Below are positions 28,522 through 38,874 of a DNA stretch of 64,000 bases, piece by piece. Where the stretch lies: positions 2,664,583-2,728,582 of the forward strand of contig OW818689.1 of assembly GCA_942493325.1 (NCBI GenBank), in the 5' to 3' direction. Source of the DNA: an uncultured Bacteroidales bacterium. Its GTDB lineage: Bacteria; Bacteroidota; Bacteroidia; Bacteroidales; Prolixibacteraceae. A program made the position numbers and the translations under genes. Under the pieces are notes generated by a model that saw only the letters and a program-made list of their open reading frames with translations, did not search any database and had not been told where the DNA came from. Numbering within the stretch: the first letter of the stretch is position 1; every line of letters starts with the position of its first letter.

Positions 28522-29453
28522 TCCACAGCAAATAATGGTGTACTCAGGTAGCGTTCACCGGTATCACAAATAATGGTAACAATCATTTTTCCTTTATTTT
28601 CGGGTCGCCTGGCTACCTGAAGCGCGGCAAATACATTTGCCCCTGACGACATCCCACTGAATATTCCCTCCTGGCTGGCCAATTTCCGCGCTGTATCAAA
28701 TGCATCAACGGCTGAAACCTTAATAATCTCATCGTAACATGAAGTATTTAACACTTTCGGTACAAAACCGGCTCCTATACCCTGGATCTTATGTGGGCCT
28801 GGTAGGCCTCCCGATAAAACCGGCGAATCCTCGGGTTCAACCACAATTGAATAAAAATCAGGCTTTTTAGCCTTGATTACCTCTGACACGCCCGTGATCG
28901 TTCCGCCCGTTCCGGCGCCGGCAACAAATATATCCACCCGGCCATCCGTATCATCCCAGATTTCATTAGCTGTTGTTTTACGGTGCATTTCAGGATTTGC
29001 AGGATTGTTAAACTGCTGCGGAATGAAGCCTCCCGGAGTTCTTTCCAGTATCTCTTCAGCTTTGGCAATAGCACCTTTCATCCCGTCTTTGCCCGGTGTG
29101 AGTATAACTTCGGTTCCATAAGCCTGCACAATCATCCTTCGTTCGATACTGACAGAATCGGGCATAACGATTATAAGCTTATACCCCTTTGCAGCACAAA
29201 CAAAAGCCAGGCCTACCCCGGTATTTCCACTGGTAGGTTCAATAATGGTCGTATCCTTATTAATTAAACCATCTCTTTCGGCCGCGTCAATCATTGCAAA
29301 TCCCAACCTGTCCTTCACAGATCCCCCGGGGTTTTGCGATTCAAGCTTAACAATCACTTCGCACTCAATTCCTTCCGCTAAACGGTTCAACCTCACCAGT
29401 GGGGTCCGCCCAACAAGATCGATAATATTGTTTGCAATTTTCATAGTTATCAA
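28518..29453 (-). CDS. cysK: Cysteine synthase A (O-acetylserine sulfhydrylase)
   Basis: 311 aa. PLP Lys region [29 protein letters not shown]. Confidence 0.92.
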   Translation of the reverse strand: MITMKIANNIIDLVGRTPLVRLNRLAEGIECEVIVKLESQNPGGSVKDRLGFAMIDAAERDGLINKDTTIIEPTSGNTGVGLAFVCAAKGYKLIIVMPDSVSIERRMIVQAYGTEVILTPGKDGMKGAIAKAEEILERTPGGFIPQQFNNPANPEMHRKTTANEIWDDTDGRVDIFVAGAGTGGTITGVSEVIKAKKPDFYSIVVEPEDSPVLSGGLPGPHKIQGIGAGFVPKVLNTSCYDEIIKVSAVDAFDTARKLASQEGIFSGMSSGANVFAALQVARRPENKGKMIVTIICDTGERYLSTPLFAVE

Positions 29454-29517
29454 AATTGGTAATTAAATATTCTTTTATTCAAGGCATAAAGTTCGACTAA
29501 CTAACAATCAAATCCTT

Positions 29518-30060
29518 TTATAGTTTCAATCCATGCTTTAAAAGTGCACGAAACGCATTTTCAGCCCTGGCGGGTCCAAATCCACTGATAATTTCATATT
29601 CAAAATCAAATGCGCGTATTTCGCTGCAATATAATTGAAACAATTGTTCTCTTTTTTCACCCCCGTTTTCCCTGACGGGATCTTCAATCCAGGGTAAATC
29701 AGTATTACATACCAAAAACAGATCAATTTTTGTTGCACGAATATGGTCCGAAACCCATTCGGGGCATTTCCCAAAAACCAGGTCAAACCATACTTTTGTA
29801 ATGATCAGCCATGTATCGAAAATCAATAATCCATTTTTAGCTTTCGATTCATATTCCACCTCCTGTGATATCTGATGCCTGGCAATACAAACTACATCTT
29901 CGTAATTGTAAGGTCTGTTGAGATTTTCGACATATTGTCGGGCATACTCCGGAATCCAGACTGTGCCCAATTTTTCGGCCAATGCCTGTGTCAGCTCTGT
30001 TTTTCCTGTCGATTCGGGTCCGGTAACTACGATCCGTCGAATGTTATTTTTGTTTAACAT
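29518..30060 (-). CDS. NadR-type ribosylnicotinamide kinase-like P-loop ATPase
   Basis: Start taken at MLNKNNIRRIVVTGPESTGKT (Walker A), followed by WIPEYAR. It overlaps the pnuC stop by a few nt. The track start is 30087. Confidence 0.75.
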   Translation of the reverse strand: MLNKNNIRRIVVTGPESTGKTELTQALAEKLGTVWIPEYARQYVENLNRPYNYEDVVCIARHQISQEVEYESKAKNGLLIFDTWLIITKVWFDLVFGKCPEWVSDHIRATKIDLFLVCNTDLPWIEDPVRENGGEKREQLFQLYCSEIRAFDFEYEIISGFGPARAENAFRALLKHGLKL

Positions 30061-30656
30061 GGCAATTTCACCAGTTCCTTGCGCCATTCATAATACCCTA
30101 TTCCGGCCATTACTGCATATACCAGAAAAAGGAAGACAGTGGGATAAAGACCCCTGTAGAGGTAAAGTCCTGCAGAAACAACATCGATAAAAATCCAGAT
30201 CAGCCAGTGCTCGATTTTCTTACGTGCCAACATCCATGTTGCAAAAATGCTGAGAGAGGTTGTGAACGCATCCCCAAAGGCAATGGGTGAATCGGTGTAC
30301 CTGACCAATAAATAGTACAATAAAAAAGTCACAATCATATTTAATAGGAACAACCTGGTCCAAAGGGTGTTGCCGGTACAACTTACTCTCAGCCTTTCAC
30401 CATTTGAATCTTTTTGTCCGCCATACCGCCAGCTCCATATTCCGTAAACACTGATAACCAGATAATAAACCTGCAGACCCATCCCGGCATAGAATTTCGC
30501 ATCGAAAAAGACCCAGCAGTAAAGCAGTGAGGTGATAATGCCGGCAGTCCATGTGTGAATACTTTGACGGATTGAGAGCCACACATAGATCAATCCGAAA
30601 ACAGTTCCGCTTAGCTCTGCTTTGTTAGCGAGAGCCCAATCAAAATAAAAGTTCAT
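30054..30656 (-). CDS. pnuC: Nicotinamide riboside transporter PnuC
   Basis: 200 aa, about 7 TM. LARKKIEHWLIWIFIDVVSAGLYLYRGLY matches the PnuC signature region. Confidence 0.8.
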   Translation of the reverse strand: MNFYFDWALANKAELSGTVFGLIYVWLSIRQSIHTWTAGIITSLLYCWVFFDAKFYAGMGLQVYYLVISVYGIWSWRYGGQKDSNGERLRVSCTGNTLWTRLFLLNMIVTFLLYYLLVRYTDSPIAFGDAFTTSLSIFATWMLARKKIEHWLIWIFIDVVSAGLYLYRGLYPTVFLFLVYAVMAGIGYYEWRKELVKLPC

Positions 30657-30702
30657 ATACCATCCATTAAGCGGACTATTCCGATAAGAAAATACACACT
30701 AT

Positions 30703-32304
30703 TTATTTATTCAGATAACGATTGAATCCCTTCTGATCAGAGAGTATCTCCATTGCTTTCTCAACTTCCTTATCCTCCTCTATCATAATCTGATAATAAG
30801 TTTGCGTATCATATATATCCCTGGCAATAAGTGCTTTGATCTGTCGCTTAATAATAGCTCCCGACACTTTCAGACTTTCTTCATCCTTTTTAATTCCCTC
30901 TTTCTCACCCGCCTGTATCAATTTATCAATTGTACGATCATCAACCTGAAAATTTTGTCTGAATTCTTCGAATGATTTATATTTTGCTTTATGTTTGTCC
31001 CGGTCATTGTCAATCAATTCCACAACAAAAGGAAACAAAACATTTTTGCGCACCAGGTTATTAAAATAACGATAATACATTGAAGTATCCATCGGGATAA
31101 AAATGTCGGGCATGATTCCGCCGCCGCTGTATACTTTACGTTTGGTGACCAGTGTTGGCTTCATTAATGAATCGGGCAAAGAGATACTGTCCTTACTGAA
31201 CATTTCGCCGTTTGTAAATCTTTTTAAATAGTCCTCCCGGTAATTCTTGATATCGTCCTTATAAGGTTTTTGAATATTTCTACCTGCAGGGGTATAATAA
31301 TGTGCCGTTGTTAACCTGATCATCGAACCATCAGTCAGCGGGAAAGGTTGTTGCACAAGTCCTTTACCGAATGAGCGCCGGCCGATAATTACCCCCCTGT
31401 CCCAATCCTGAATAGCCCCGGCCACAATTTCGGAAGCCGAGGCAGAACCTTCATCAATTAGTATTATCAGGTTGCCCTGAGTAAAGCCTCCGCGGGTTGT
31501 TGAGAAATAATCGCGACGCGGACTGTGCGTCCCTTCCGTATAAACGATGAGCTTTCTGTCTTCCAGGAATTGGTTGGCAAGTTCATAGGCAGCACCAAGG
31601 AATCCGCCGCCATTACCCCGCAAATCCAATACAAGATTTTTAACCTTTGCTTTGCCGGTGAGGGTGGTCATCGCCTTTTTATATTCATCGATAGTCGTTG
31701 CGGCAAATTTATTCAGCTTGATATATGCAGTTTCCTTATTGAGCATAAATGAAGCGTCAAGGCTGACAATAGGGATTTTATCACGGATAATTGTGAACTC
31801 CAGCGGAGCCTTCTCCCCTTTTCTTAATACGGTCAGATTTACTTTGGTCCCTTTATCACCGCGCAACAATTTAAAGACATCGGGATTCTTTAGACCAGTT
31901 CCAGCGATTAACTTTGAATTTACTTTTACAATCCTGTCGCCAGGTCGGAGACCAACCCGTTCCGACGGTCCGCCGGGGATAGTCGTCATGACTATCAGCG
32001 TATCATGAAACACGTTGAATGAAATGCCGATACCTTCAAAATTTCCTTCAAGAGGCTGATTCATCTCTTCCACCTCATCTTTGGAAATATAGATCGAATG
32101 CGGATCAAGTTTTCCAAGCATCTCGGTTATCGCATTCTCTGTCAGCCTGTTAATATTTGTAGTATCTACATAAAAACTCTCAATCAAGTTTAAAACCCGG
32201 CCAAATTTTATTGCTTGTCCCTGGATATCCTGCGCGATTGAACTCATGCAGCCTGTAGTTAACAAAACAAGCAACAGTGCTTTCGTTGTATTTAAAAATT
32301 TCAT
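30703..32304 (-). CDS. S41 family C-terminal processing peptidase (tail-specific protease) with PDZ domain
   Basis: 533 aa with a signal peptide. PDZ region GGPSERVGLRPGDRIVKVN. Catalytic region LIDEGSASASEIVAGAIQD...GKG. Confidence 0.9.
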   Translation of the reverse strand: MKFLNTTKALLLVLLTTGCMSSIAQDIQGQAIKFGRVLNLIESFYVDTTNINRLTENAITEMLGKLDPHSIYISKDEVEEMNQPLEGNFEGIGISFNVFHDTLIVMTTIPGGPSERVGLRPGDRIVKVNSKLIAGTGLKNPDVFKLLRGDKGTKVNLTVLRKGEKAPLEFTIIRDKIPIVSLDASFMLNKETAYIKLNKFAATTIDEYKKAMTTLTGKAKVKNLVLDLRGNGGGFLGAAYELANQFLEDRKLIVYTEGTHSPRRDYFSTTRGGFTQGNLIILIDEGSASASEIVAGAIQDWDRGVIIGRRSFGKGLVQQPFPLTDGSMIRLTTAHYYTPAGRNIQKPYKDDIKNYREDYLKRFTNGEMFSKDSISLPDSLMKPTLVTKRKVYSGGGIMPDIFIPMDTSMYYRYFNNLVRKNVLFPFVVELIDNDRDKHKAKYKSFEEFRQNFQVDDRTIDKLIQAGEKEGIKKDEESLKVSGAIIKRQIKALIARDIYDTQTYYQIMIEEDKEVEKAMEILSDQKGFNRYLNK

Positions 32305-32472
32305 AATGAATGAATTAAATATTCGGGGCCTGAGAAAACATTAACGGAAAGGAATTATTAAGATCCTGATCCGGTAGATTTTCCTGCCGCAAAACTTAAA
32401 AAATAATGTTCAAAAATAAGAAGAAAATTTGCAAATCAGGACTATTAACAATGAAAGGATTTGTCTGTAAAT

Positions 32473-32508
32473 AAAAAAGATGAACATTTAAACGTGTTCA
32501 TCTTTTTC
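32473..32508 (-). terminator. Rho-independent terminator downstream of 32533..33624
   Basis: 12-bp stem AAAAGATGAACA / TGTTCATCTTTT with an 8-nt loop and a T-run on the minus strand. Confidence 0.65.
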
Positions 32509-32532
32509 GGTATTATAATACAGTGATCCGGT

Positions 32533-33624
32533 TTAGGTCAATGACAGCCGGATTCTATTTTGGTAATCATTAAATTCCTGAACCAGCGTAGAAAATAATT
32601 CCTTCACGGTGACAATTTTGTCATTCCGCCATACATTGCTGCCCGCAAAAGCATACCCATTTTTGAAGTTACCGTTCAGAGCAGCTGTAAGGCTGGCAAT
32701 TATACAATATGGAGCAGTATTAATATCGCAGGTCCTTATACAATTAACAGGGCATACCTTAGGTTGTTTCAAACCTGCATCGACCTCATCGAGGAATTCA
32801 CTTGAAATTGCCCGTCCAGGCATGCCAACCGGACTCTTGATAATCCTCACATCTTTTTGAGCAGCATTAATATAAGCTTGTTTGAATTTCTCTGAAGCGT
32901 CGCATTCAACCGTTGTAACGAATCGTGTACCCATTTGTACTCCGGCTACCCCCATTTCAAAAAAACGTTCAATATCTTCACCTGTATAGATTCCCCCTGC
33001 GGCAATAACAGGAATTGTACAGCCATTCTTCTCACCCATTTCCTTAGCAACAGCAATTACTTCGGGAATAATTTTTTCGAGCGAAAAATTCTCATCGTCA
33101 ATTTGTTCCACTTTAAAACCCAGATGTCCACCGGCCTTTGGACCTTCCACAACGATCGCATCAGGAAGATAGTTGAAATTGCTTTTCCATTTATTGCAAA
33201 TCAAAGCAGCACCACGGGCTGAGGATACAATAGGAACCAGACGGGTTTTAGAGCCGGGCGTAATGTATTTAGGAAGGTCAAGCGGAAGACCGGCACCCGA
33301 AAAAATTATATCGACACCTTCTTTGATAGAAGTTTTCACCAGATCGGCATAATTTGACAAGGCTACCATGATATTTACACCGATAATTCCCCTGGTTTTT
33401 TCGCGGGCTTTCCTGATTTCTTCGGTTAGTCCGAAAATGCAGTTTTCGAGGTAATCTTTTGAGTGTTTCTTATACAGGAATCCTATTCCTGCAGGAGATA
33501 TGACCCCGACTCCACCTTCGTTGGCAACAGCAGAGGCCAGCCCTGACAAGGATATTCCAACCCCCATTCCACCCTGTATAATAGGCAGGCTAATCTTTAA
33601 ACCTCCAATGTTCAGATCTTTCAT
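32533..33624 (-). CDS. NAD(P)H-dependent flavin oxidoreductase, nitronate monooxygenase (NMO/FabK-like) family
   Basis: Start at MKDLNIGGLKISLPIIQGGMGVGIS (NMO N-terminal motif), followed by IPVIAAGGIYTGEDI and GVQMGTRF. The track start is 33678. Confidence 0.8.
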   Translation of the reverse strand: MKDLNIGGLKISLPIIQGGMGVGISLSGLASAVANEGGVGVISPAGIGFLYKKHSKDYLENCIFGLTEEIRKAREKTRGIIGVNIMVALSNYADLVKTSIKEGVDIIFSGAGLPLDLPKYITPGSKTRLVPIVSSARGAALICNKWKSNFNYLPDAIVVEGPKAGGHLGFKVEQIDDENFSLEKIIPEVIAVAKEMGEKNGCTIPVIAAGGIYTGEDIERFFEMGVAGVQMGTRFVTTVECDASEKFKQAYINAAQKDVRIIKSPVGMPGRAISSEFLDEVDAGLKQPKVCPVNCIRTCDINTAPYCIIASLTAALNGNFKNGYAFAGSNVWRNDKIVTVKELFSTLVQEFNDYQNRIRLSLT

Positions 33625-33845
33625 TGTTACTAAAATAATTGAATTAATATCACAAAAATATTGCGGGAATAATAGCATACTCTTTTTTTCGAGGGCTTCG
33701 ATTCACATACAATATTAGTCAACACTGGTTACATGGAGATACAATATGGTTTATCATGCAGAAATAGGGTACAAATACATGAATTTGGGATGAAATGCAC
33801 ATTTTTGAGGGATGAATTGCATGGCTCAAATAAAGATGAATCTCA

Positions 33846-34724
33846 TCATTGATCATTCCCCGACATGAGTTGCCGGAAAGCAGAGATATAGTTTCGTGAC
33901 ACCGGTACTTTAAACCCCAGTTTATTTAACTCCAGGAAATAACCTTTCGAATTACCTGTCAATGCTTCGATCTGTTTAAGGTTTACCATCCAGCAACGAT
34001 GACATTTTTTAAATTCCGGTTTGTCCTGCAAGAACTGTTCGACATAGGCAAAAGTTTGCCGGAATAGCTTCTTCTTCCTGACATTCTTTTCGATCCAGAA
34101 AATTTCGATGTAATTGCCCGATGTATGAAAGACAAGGATATCTCCTGCATTAGCCGAAAAAAGATCTTTCCCGTTTTCGGCTGTGATTTTTATTTGTCGG
34201 GCAGGCAGAATATCAGCCTCCCCAGTAATGAGCTTTTCCTCGCCGAACCAATGTTTCCGGCTATTGTCCAATACATGCACCATTTTATCTTTAAGTGCAT
34301 GATTATAACTGATCAGGTTAAACAGGATCAATGGTAATAAAGCAAGTGCTCCGATCCGGAAAACCGATAAATCGGTGTGCTGGAACCGGCTTACAAACCA
34401 GGACGTGAATGCGAATATTACAAATAAATTACTGTAAAGCCAGATATTCCAGACCATTTCCTTCCGGATCGTCCAATGCGAAGGATCAAAAACCTTCGGC
34501 ATAATTCCGGGTAAAATCAACGTGTTGGCAAAAAGGGTACCTGCGCTCATTAAACAGGCTCCCAGAACAAAATAACCTTCGTGTTCCATTTTCAGAAAAT
34601 CGATACCAAAAGGTTGAAAATAGAACATCAGCAACATAAATCCCATGGCAACTAATCCAATGGTTTTCACGTTGTGTTTAAAATTATTATTAAACGGATA
34701 AGGCTGATTAAGATTCTCGAACAT
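33846..34724 (-). CDS. LytTR-domain DNA-binding protein with N-terminal 4-TM region
   Basis: 292 aa. The C-terminal ILVFHTSGNYIEIFW....FRQTF...E......F.KCHRCWMVNL pattern is a LytTR fold. Confidence 0.75.
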   Translation of the reverse strand: MFENLNQPYPFNNNFKHNVKTIGLVAMGFMLLMFYFQPFGIDFLKMEHEGYFVLGACLMSAGTLFANTLILPGIMPKVFDPSHWTIRKEMVWNIWLYSNLFVIFAFTSWFVSRFQHTDLSVFRIGALALLPLILFNLISYNHALKDKMVHVLDNSRKHWFGEEKLITGEADILPARQIKITAENGKDLFSANAGDILVFHTSGNYIEIFWIEKNVRKKKLFRQTFAYVEQFLQDKPEFKKCHRCWMVNLKQIEALTGNSKGYFLELNKLGFKVPVSRNYISAFRQLMSGNDQ

Positions 34725-34888
34725 ATACCTTGTTTATCGTCGCTAAAGTAATAAAATTCAAATTTGCATCCGAGAAATATTTCAGACAGCAACATACACC
34801 TACCCATGCACACTCCTGCTGTTGTATAAAGTCAATGCTGGCTCCGCTATTAAACACAAAAGCCCCGGAATTTCTTCCGGAGCTTTCG

Positions 34889-34962
34889 CGGTCTGGACGG
34901 GACTCGAACCCGCGACCCCATGCGTGACAGGCATGTATTCTAACCAACTGAACTACCAAACC
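34889..34962 (-). tRNA. tRNA-Asp: tRNA-Asp (GUC), copy 1
   Basis: Reverse complement: GGTTTGG TA GTTC AGTTGGTTA GAAT A CATGC CTGTCAC GCATG GGGTC GCGGG TTCGAGT CCCGT CCAGACC G. Confidence 0.9.
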
Positions 34963-34988
34963 AAAATTATCTATTAATCGAATGTGGG

Positions 34989-35062
34989 CGGTCTGGACGG
35001 GACTCGAACCCGCGACCCCATGCGTGACAGGCATGTATTCTAACCAACTGAACTACCAAACC
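34989..35062 (-). tRNA. tRNA-Asp: tRNA-Asp (GUC), copy 2
   Basis: Identical to copy 1 and exactly 100 bp upstream of it. Confidence 0.9.
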
Positions 35063-35084
35063 AATAAATAAAAAACAAAAATGG

Positions 35085-35189
35085 CGGTCTGGACGGGACT
35101 CGAACCCGCGACCCCATGCGTGACAGGCATGTATTCTAACCAACTGAACAGAAAAATCTTACAGAAAAATCAAGAACTTTACCAAAGCC
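35085..35189 (-). pseudogene. Disrupted tRNA-Asp copy 3
   Basis: The 3' 65 nt (35085-35149) are identical to the intact copies. The 5' part reads GGCTTTGGTAAAGTTC (35174-35189) and is separated by a ~24-nt insert, TTGATTTTTCTGTAAGATTTTTCT. Acceptor pairing is broken. Confidence 0.6.
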
Positions 35190-35208
35190 TTATTTTCCTA
35201 AGGCGCTG

Positions 35209-35238
35209 CAAATATACTGCATTTTTCGGTACTACAAA
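35209..35238 (-). promoter_or_regulatory. Bacteroidota-type promoter for the tRNA-Asp array
   Basis: The minus strand reads TTTG (35238-35235), N18, then TATATTTG (35216-35209). Confidence 0.5.
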
Positions 35239-35295
35239 TGTATCAAAATTAAATAGATAAAAAAATGATGTTTTATACCAGGACTCCCCTGTTTA

Positions 35296-35862
35296 TCAGT
35301 CACCTGGCATGACAGCTATTGTCCTGACCGGCGTAAAAAAGGAGAAATAAACACTTCCGTAGGTCCTTAATTCACTGAAAAAGGGGTGTGATGAAAAATC
35401 ATTCGTCTTACCGTGCTCCAAAATTAACAGTCCATCGTCGTATAAAAGATTTGCGTTGAAAATTAAATCCGGGATTTCGGCCAGCCGTTTGAGCTCATAA
35501 GGAGGATCTGCAAAAATAATGTTAAACTGACCGGGTTTACGATTAATATACCGAAAAACATCAGCATTTACCGCTTTAACAGATTTCCTGACATCAAGCG
35601 TGTCGATGACCGAACAGATAAAATTATAATGAAAGCGATCGAGTTCAACACAGGTAATATCGGGACATCCGCGCGAAACAAATTCAAACGAGATGCTGCC
35701 GGTACCGCCAAAAAGATCAAGAACCTTTTTGTTTTCAAACTCATACCGGTTATAAAGAATATTAAAAAGATTCTCACGAGCAAAGTCAGTAGTTGGTCTC
35801 GCCTTGAAATTTTTTCCAGGTCTGAATATCCGGCTTTTAAAGGTTCCGCCTATTATTCGCAT
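35296..35862 (-). CDS. rsmD: 16S rRNA (guanine966-N2)-methyltransferase RsmD
   Basis: 188 aa. RPTTDFARENLFN, LDLFGGTGSISFE, IIFADPPY. Confidence 0.85.
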   Translation of the reverse strand: MRIIGGTFKSRIFRPGKNFKARPTTDFARENLFNILYNRYEFENKKVLDLFGGTGSISFEFVSRGCPDITCVELDRFHYNFICSVIDTLDVRKSVKAVNADVFRYINRKPGQFNIIFADPPYELKRLAEIPDLIFNANLLYDDGLLILEHGKTNDFSSHPFFSELRTYGSVYFSFFTPVRTIAVMPGD

Positions 35863-36704
35863 TTATAAACACTTAATAATGAGGTAAAATAATGTTCTGG
35901 TAATTGATTGAACGTATAACTGTACTGGAATGTGGTATCCAGTCTCGCAAAGGAGGTCCTTCTCACATACTTCTTAAATAAATGGTACACAGGCGACACC
36001 TGGGGTATCTGCCCGTGCAGAATCAGCTCTGTTTCCTCAGGCGACAACTTTAACTGATCGAAAGTGTACAGGACATGATACAGGATATCCCGCTCAGTTT
36101 TATACGAAAATATGTTACACTGCATTAGTTTCGGCCCGTTTGTAACCACCATCTCGAAACTGTCGCGCGAAAAATTCAGGTGAACCTGACCTTTGCCTGA
36201 GGAGGAATGATTTTTTTTAAGCTCACCTTCAACTAAGGGAAACAGGCTGTGCCTTATCGGACAACCCGGGAATTTTGAAGCTAAATATTCACTTAGATTT
36301 TGAGGAATATCGAACAGGCACCAGCACCCGGCATTGGGAAAATGAAGTTTCCCGATCATGAAGCCCTTTTCAACAATATTATTAAACCACAGGTATTTCT
36401 CTGACGATATACGACTATAAAATGCCTGGGGTACGAGGGTGAATTTCCGTGTTGAGTACAGAATTTCAACACTTTTAAAGTCATGATTAAGTATTTCATC
36501 CGATTCAAACACATCACGCACATGTTTTAACAACAGGCGGGCACGTTTAAGAAAAAAGTGATGCCCATTCAGTACGACATATTTCCCACGGGGAATATCA
36601 AGTACAGAAAAATAAAATCCATCCAGACTAATCTGGATGGACAAGTGGTATAAATGAGTTTGTGTGTTATCGAAAGTTTTGTCAATAAAACAAATATCAC
36701 GCAT
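35853..36704 (-). CDS. DUF3822 family protein
   Basis: 283 aa. It sits immediately upstream of and overlapping rsmD, which is conserved Bacteroidota synteny. The sequence pattern is consistent but was not verified by search. Confidence 0.65.
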   Translation of the reverse strand: MRDICFIDKTFDNTQTHLYHLSIQISLDGFYFSVLDIPRGKYVVLNGHHFFLKRARLLLKHVRDVFESDEILNHDFKSVEILYSTRKFTLVPQAFYSRISSEKYLWFNNIVEKGFMIGKLHFPNAGCWCLFDIPQNLSEYLASKFPGCPIRHSLFPLVEGELKKNHSSSGKGQVHLNFSRDSFEMVVTNGPKLMQCNIFSYKTERDILYHVLYTFDQLKLSPEETELILHGQIPQVSPVYHLFKKYVRRTSFARLDTTFQYSYTFNQLPEHYFTSLLSVYKCE

Positions 36705-36714
36705 TTGTTATAAA

Positions 36715-37365
36715 TTATTCCCAGTTACCGGCGCTGTTATTCGTTTCGGTTAGTGATCCAACTTTTAATCCGGGGTACTTACTATCCAAACGCCTCTTTT
36801 CGTTGAGATTGATAATTTCCTGTTTGTAACGATCCTGCAATTCAGAAAGAATCTGATTATTGTGTGCCCTGGCCTCAAATACAGGAACTTTGACCCCTGA
36901 TCCAGTGGTAATCAGATTTGTACCAAGAAAAAAGACTTCATCCTTTGTATAAGGGATGTACCGCAATCTGTCAACATTGTAAGCTTTATCAAAAAGGGAG
37001 TCACGGACCGAAACCCTGATTGTATCCCGGATTATCAATCCTTTGGATATAGCTTCTTTCTCTGTCATACCAGCCTCCAGCTGCTCATCACTCAATGACC
37101 CGATTTTCTTCACCAATGGCAAAGTTCCCGTCTTAACAAAATTCCCCAATGTATCCCAACTGGCAGTAAACCTTCCATTGACATCGCGGAAAGCCATCTC
37201 CGCTTTTCGGATATTTTTCAGACTTTCAATGGTGGCTGTGTATCGTTTCGCCTGCTCAGTGCTGAATTCGATAGGATTTAGAATTGTAGAGTAAACATAA
37301 TAAGCTAAAACTAAACTTCCAACGATCAATAAACCTTGTATTACTTTTTTCATTTTTATTTGCAA
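36715..37365 (-). CDS. Hypothetical membrane-anchored protein
   Basis: 216 aa with a single N-terminal TM (VIQGLLIVGSLVLAYYVYSTI). No domain recognised. Confidence 0.55.
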   Translation of the reverse strand: MQIKMKKVIQGLLIVGSLVLAYYVYSTILNPIEFSTEQAKRYTATIESLKNIRKAEMAFRDVNGRFTASWDTLGNFVKTGTLPLVKKIGSLSDEQLEAGMTEKEAISKGLIIRDTIRVSVRDSLFDKAYNVDRLRYIPYTKDEVFFLGTNLITTGSGVKVPVFEARAHNNQILSELQDRYKQEIINLNEKRRLDSKYPGLKVGSLTETNNSAGNWE

Positions 37366-37440
37366 TGAATTAGTTCGTGTGGCTACAAATTTAAAAAAAA
37401 AATAAATCTTTGCTTACGAATAGAATAAAAAAAAACTCCT

Positions 37441-38874
37441 ATGTTAAAAAATTACATTTCCAGGTTGATAATCGATGAAATAAAATTCGAACCCACTGAT
37501 GATCAGCTAGAAATGGCAGAGAAAATATCTGAATACATTACCAGCGATCAGCCAAACATGCTGTTTCTGCTAAAAGGATATGCCGGAACCGGGAAAACAA
37601 CAGCGCTCAGCGCTCTTGTTAAGGTACTGGGGGCATTAAAAAGGAAGACAATTATGCTGGCCCCCACCGGAAGAGCTGCAAAAGTTCTGTCGAGGTATGC
37701 CGGCAAACCCGCAACAACAATTCATAAAAAAATATACCGTCAGGAATCCATGACAGATGGATCCTCCAGGTTTGCTCTTGACCGAAACCTGCACAAAAAT
37801 ACCATTTTCATTATTGACGAAGCCTCGATGATTTCGAACAGCTTACAGGAAAACAACATTTTCGGTACCGGATACCTGTTGGCAGATCTGATCGAATACG
37901 TGATGTCGGGCGAGAACTGCAGGCTTATCATTGCCGGAGATACTGCCCAGCTTCCCCCGGTAGGCTTGAGCATCAGTCCGGCACTTGAAGAAGAGGAACT
38001 GAAATTTTTTAATCTGGATGTTGTAAAATGCGAACTGAAACAGGTAGTGAGGCAGGCGTTGGAATCGGGAATTCTTGAAAACGCGACAACAATCAGGAAT
38101 TTGTTATCCACTGAACAACCTGAAGGATACTGGAAAATTAAAACCTCGGGGTTTAATGACATCCGAAGAATAGGTGGTGCTGATCTGATTGAAGAACTAT
38201 CGAATTGTATCCACAAATACGGTATTGATGAAACAATTGTGATTACGCGGTCAAATAAAAGAGCCAATAAATTTAATGAGGGCATCCGACGATCAGTGCT
38301 GTACCGGGAAGAGCAGATTTCAACGGGTGACCTGGTAATGAATGTGAAAAATAATTACCATTGGGCAAAACAGACTGATGAGCTTGATTTTATCGCCAAC
38401 GGGGATATCGCTGAAGTGGTTAAAATACGTAAGTTCGAGGAAAAATACGGGTTTCATTTTGTGAATGTGACCTTGCGGCTTATCGATTATAAAGATGTTG
38501 AAATTGATTGTAAAATAATCCTGGATACCTTAACCATCGAAGCTCCGTCGTTAACCCAGGCCGACCAGAAGAGGATGTTTGAAGAAATAGCACAGGATTA
38601 TCCTGAAATCCATAACAGACGGAAGTTGTGGGAACTTATACGTGAAAATGAGTATTTTAATGCCTTACAGGTAAAATTTTCATATGCTTTGACCTGCCAT
38701 AAATCGCAAGGTGGTCAGTGGAAAGCCGTATTTCTTGATCACGGTTACCTCACTGAAGAGATGATTGACCGCGAGTACCTGCGTTGGGCTTATACCGCAT
38801 TCACCCGGCCCACCGAGCGACTCTACCTGGTTAATTTCAATAAGGAGTTTTTTGATGACGATGAACAGGATTAA
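37441..38874 (+). CDS. RecD-like (SF1B) ATP-dependent DNA helicase
   Basis: 477 aa. Walker A GYAGTGKTT, Walker B IFIIDEASM, IIAGDTAQLPPV, and C-terminal ALTCHKSQGGQW. Confidence 0.85.
   Translation: MLKNYISRLIIDEIKFEPTDDQLEMAEKISEYITSDQPNMLFLLKGYAGTGKTTALSALVKVLGALKRKTIMLAPTGRAAKVLSRYAGKPATTIHKKIYRQESMTDGSSRFALDRNLHKNTIFIIDEASMISNSLQENNIFGTGYLLADLIEYVMSGENCRLIIAGDTAQLPPVGLSISPALEEEELKFFNLDVVKCELKQVVRQALESGILENATTIRNLLSTEQPEGYWKIKTSGFNDIRRIGGADLIEELSNCIHKYGIDETIVITRSNKRANKFNEGIRRSVLYREEQISTGDLVMNVKNNYHWAKQTDELDFIANGDIAEVVKIRKFEEKYGFHFVNVTLRLIDYKDVEIDCKIILDTLTIEAPSLTQADQKRMFEEIAQDYPEIHNRRKLWELIRENEYFNALQVKFSYALTCHKSQGGQWKAVFLDHGYLTEEMIDREYLRWAYTAFTRPTERLYLVNFNKEFFDDDEQD

Noticed and set aside
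30657-30702. NAD-related riboswitch upstream of pnuC
   Set aside because: Only 46 bp separate the pnuC start from the upstream S41 protease stop. That is too short for the known NAD+ riboswitch classes, and no conserved motif is visible.
34708-35034. ORFs 34708..35034 (-) and 34730..34927 (+)
   Set aside because: They span the tRNA-Asp array. The repeated peptide (AGSSPVQT...) is just a translated tRNA sequence.
37441-38874. RecD-like helicase as part of a defence system (Gabija/Dda-like)
   Set aside because: It is a single gene flanked by housekeeping genes (rsmD block, rnz), with no nuclease, ATPase or methylase partner. The 477-aa RecD-like helicase appears to be an ordinary conserved gene.
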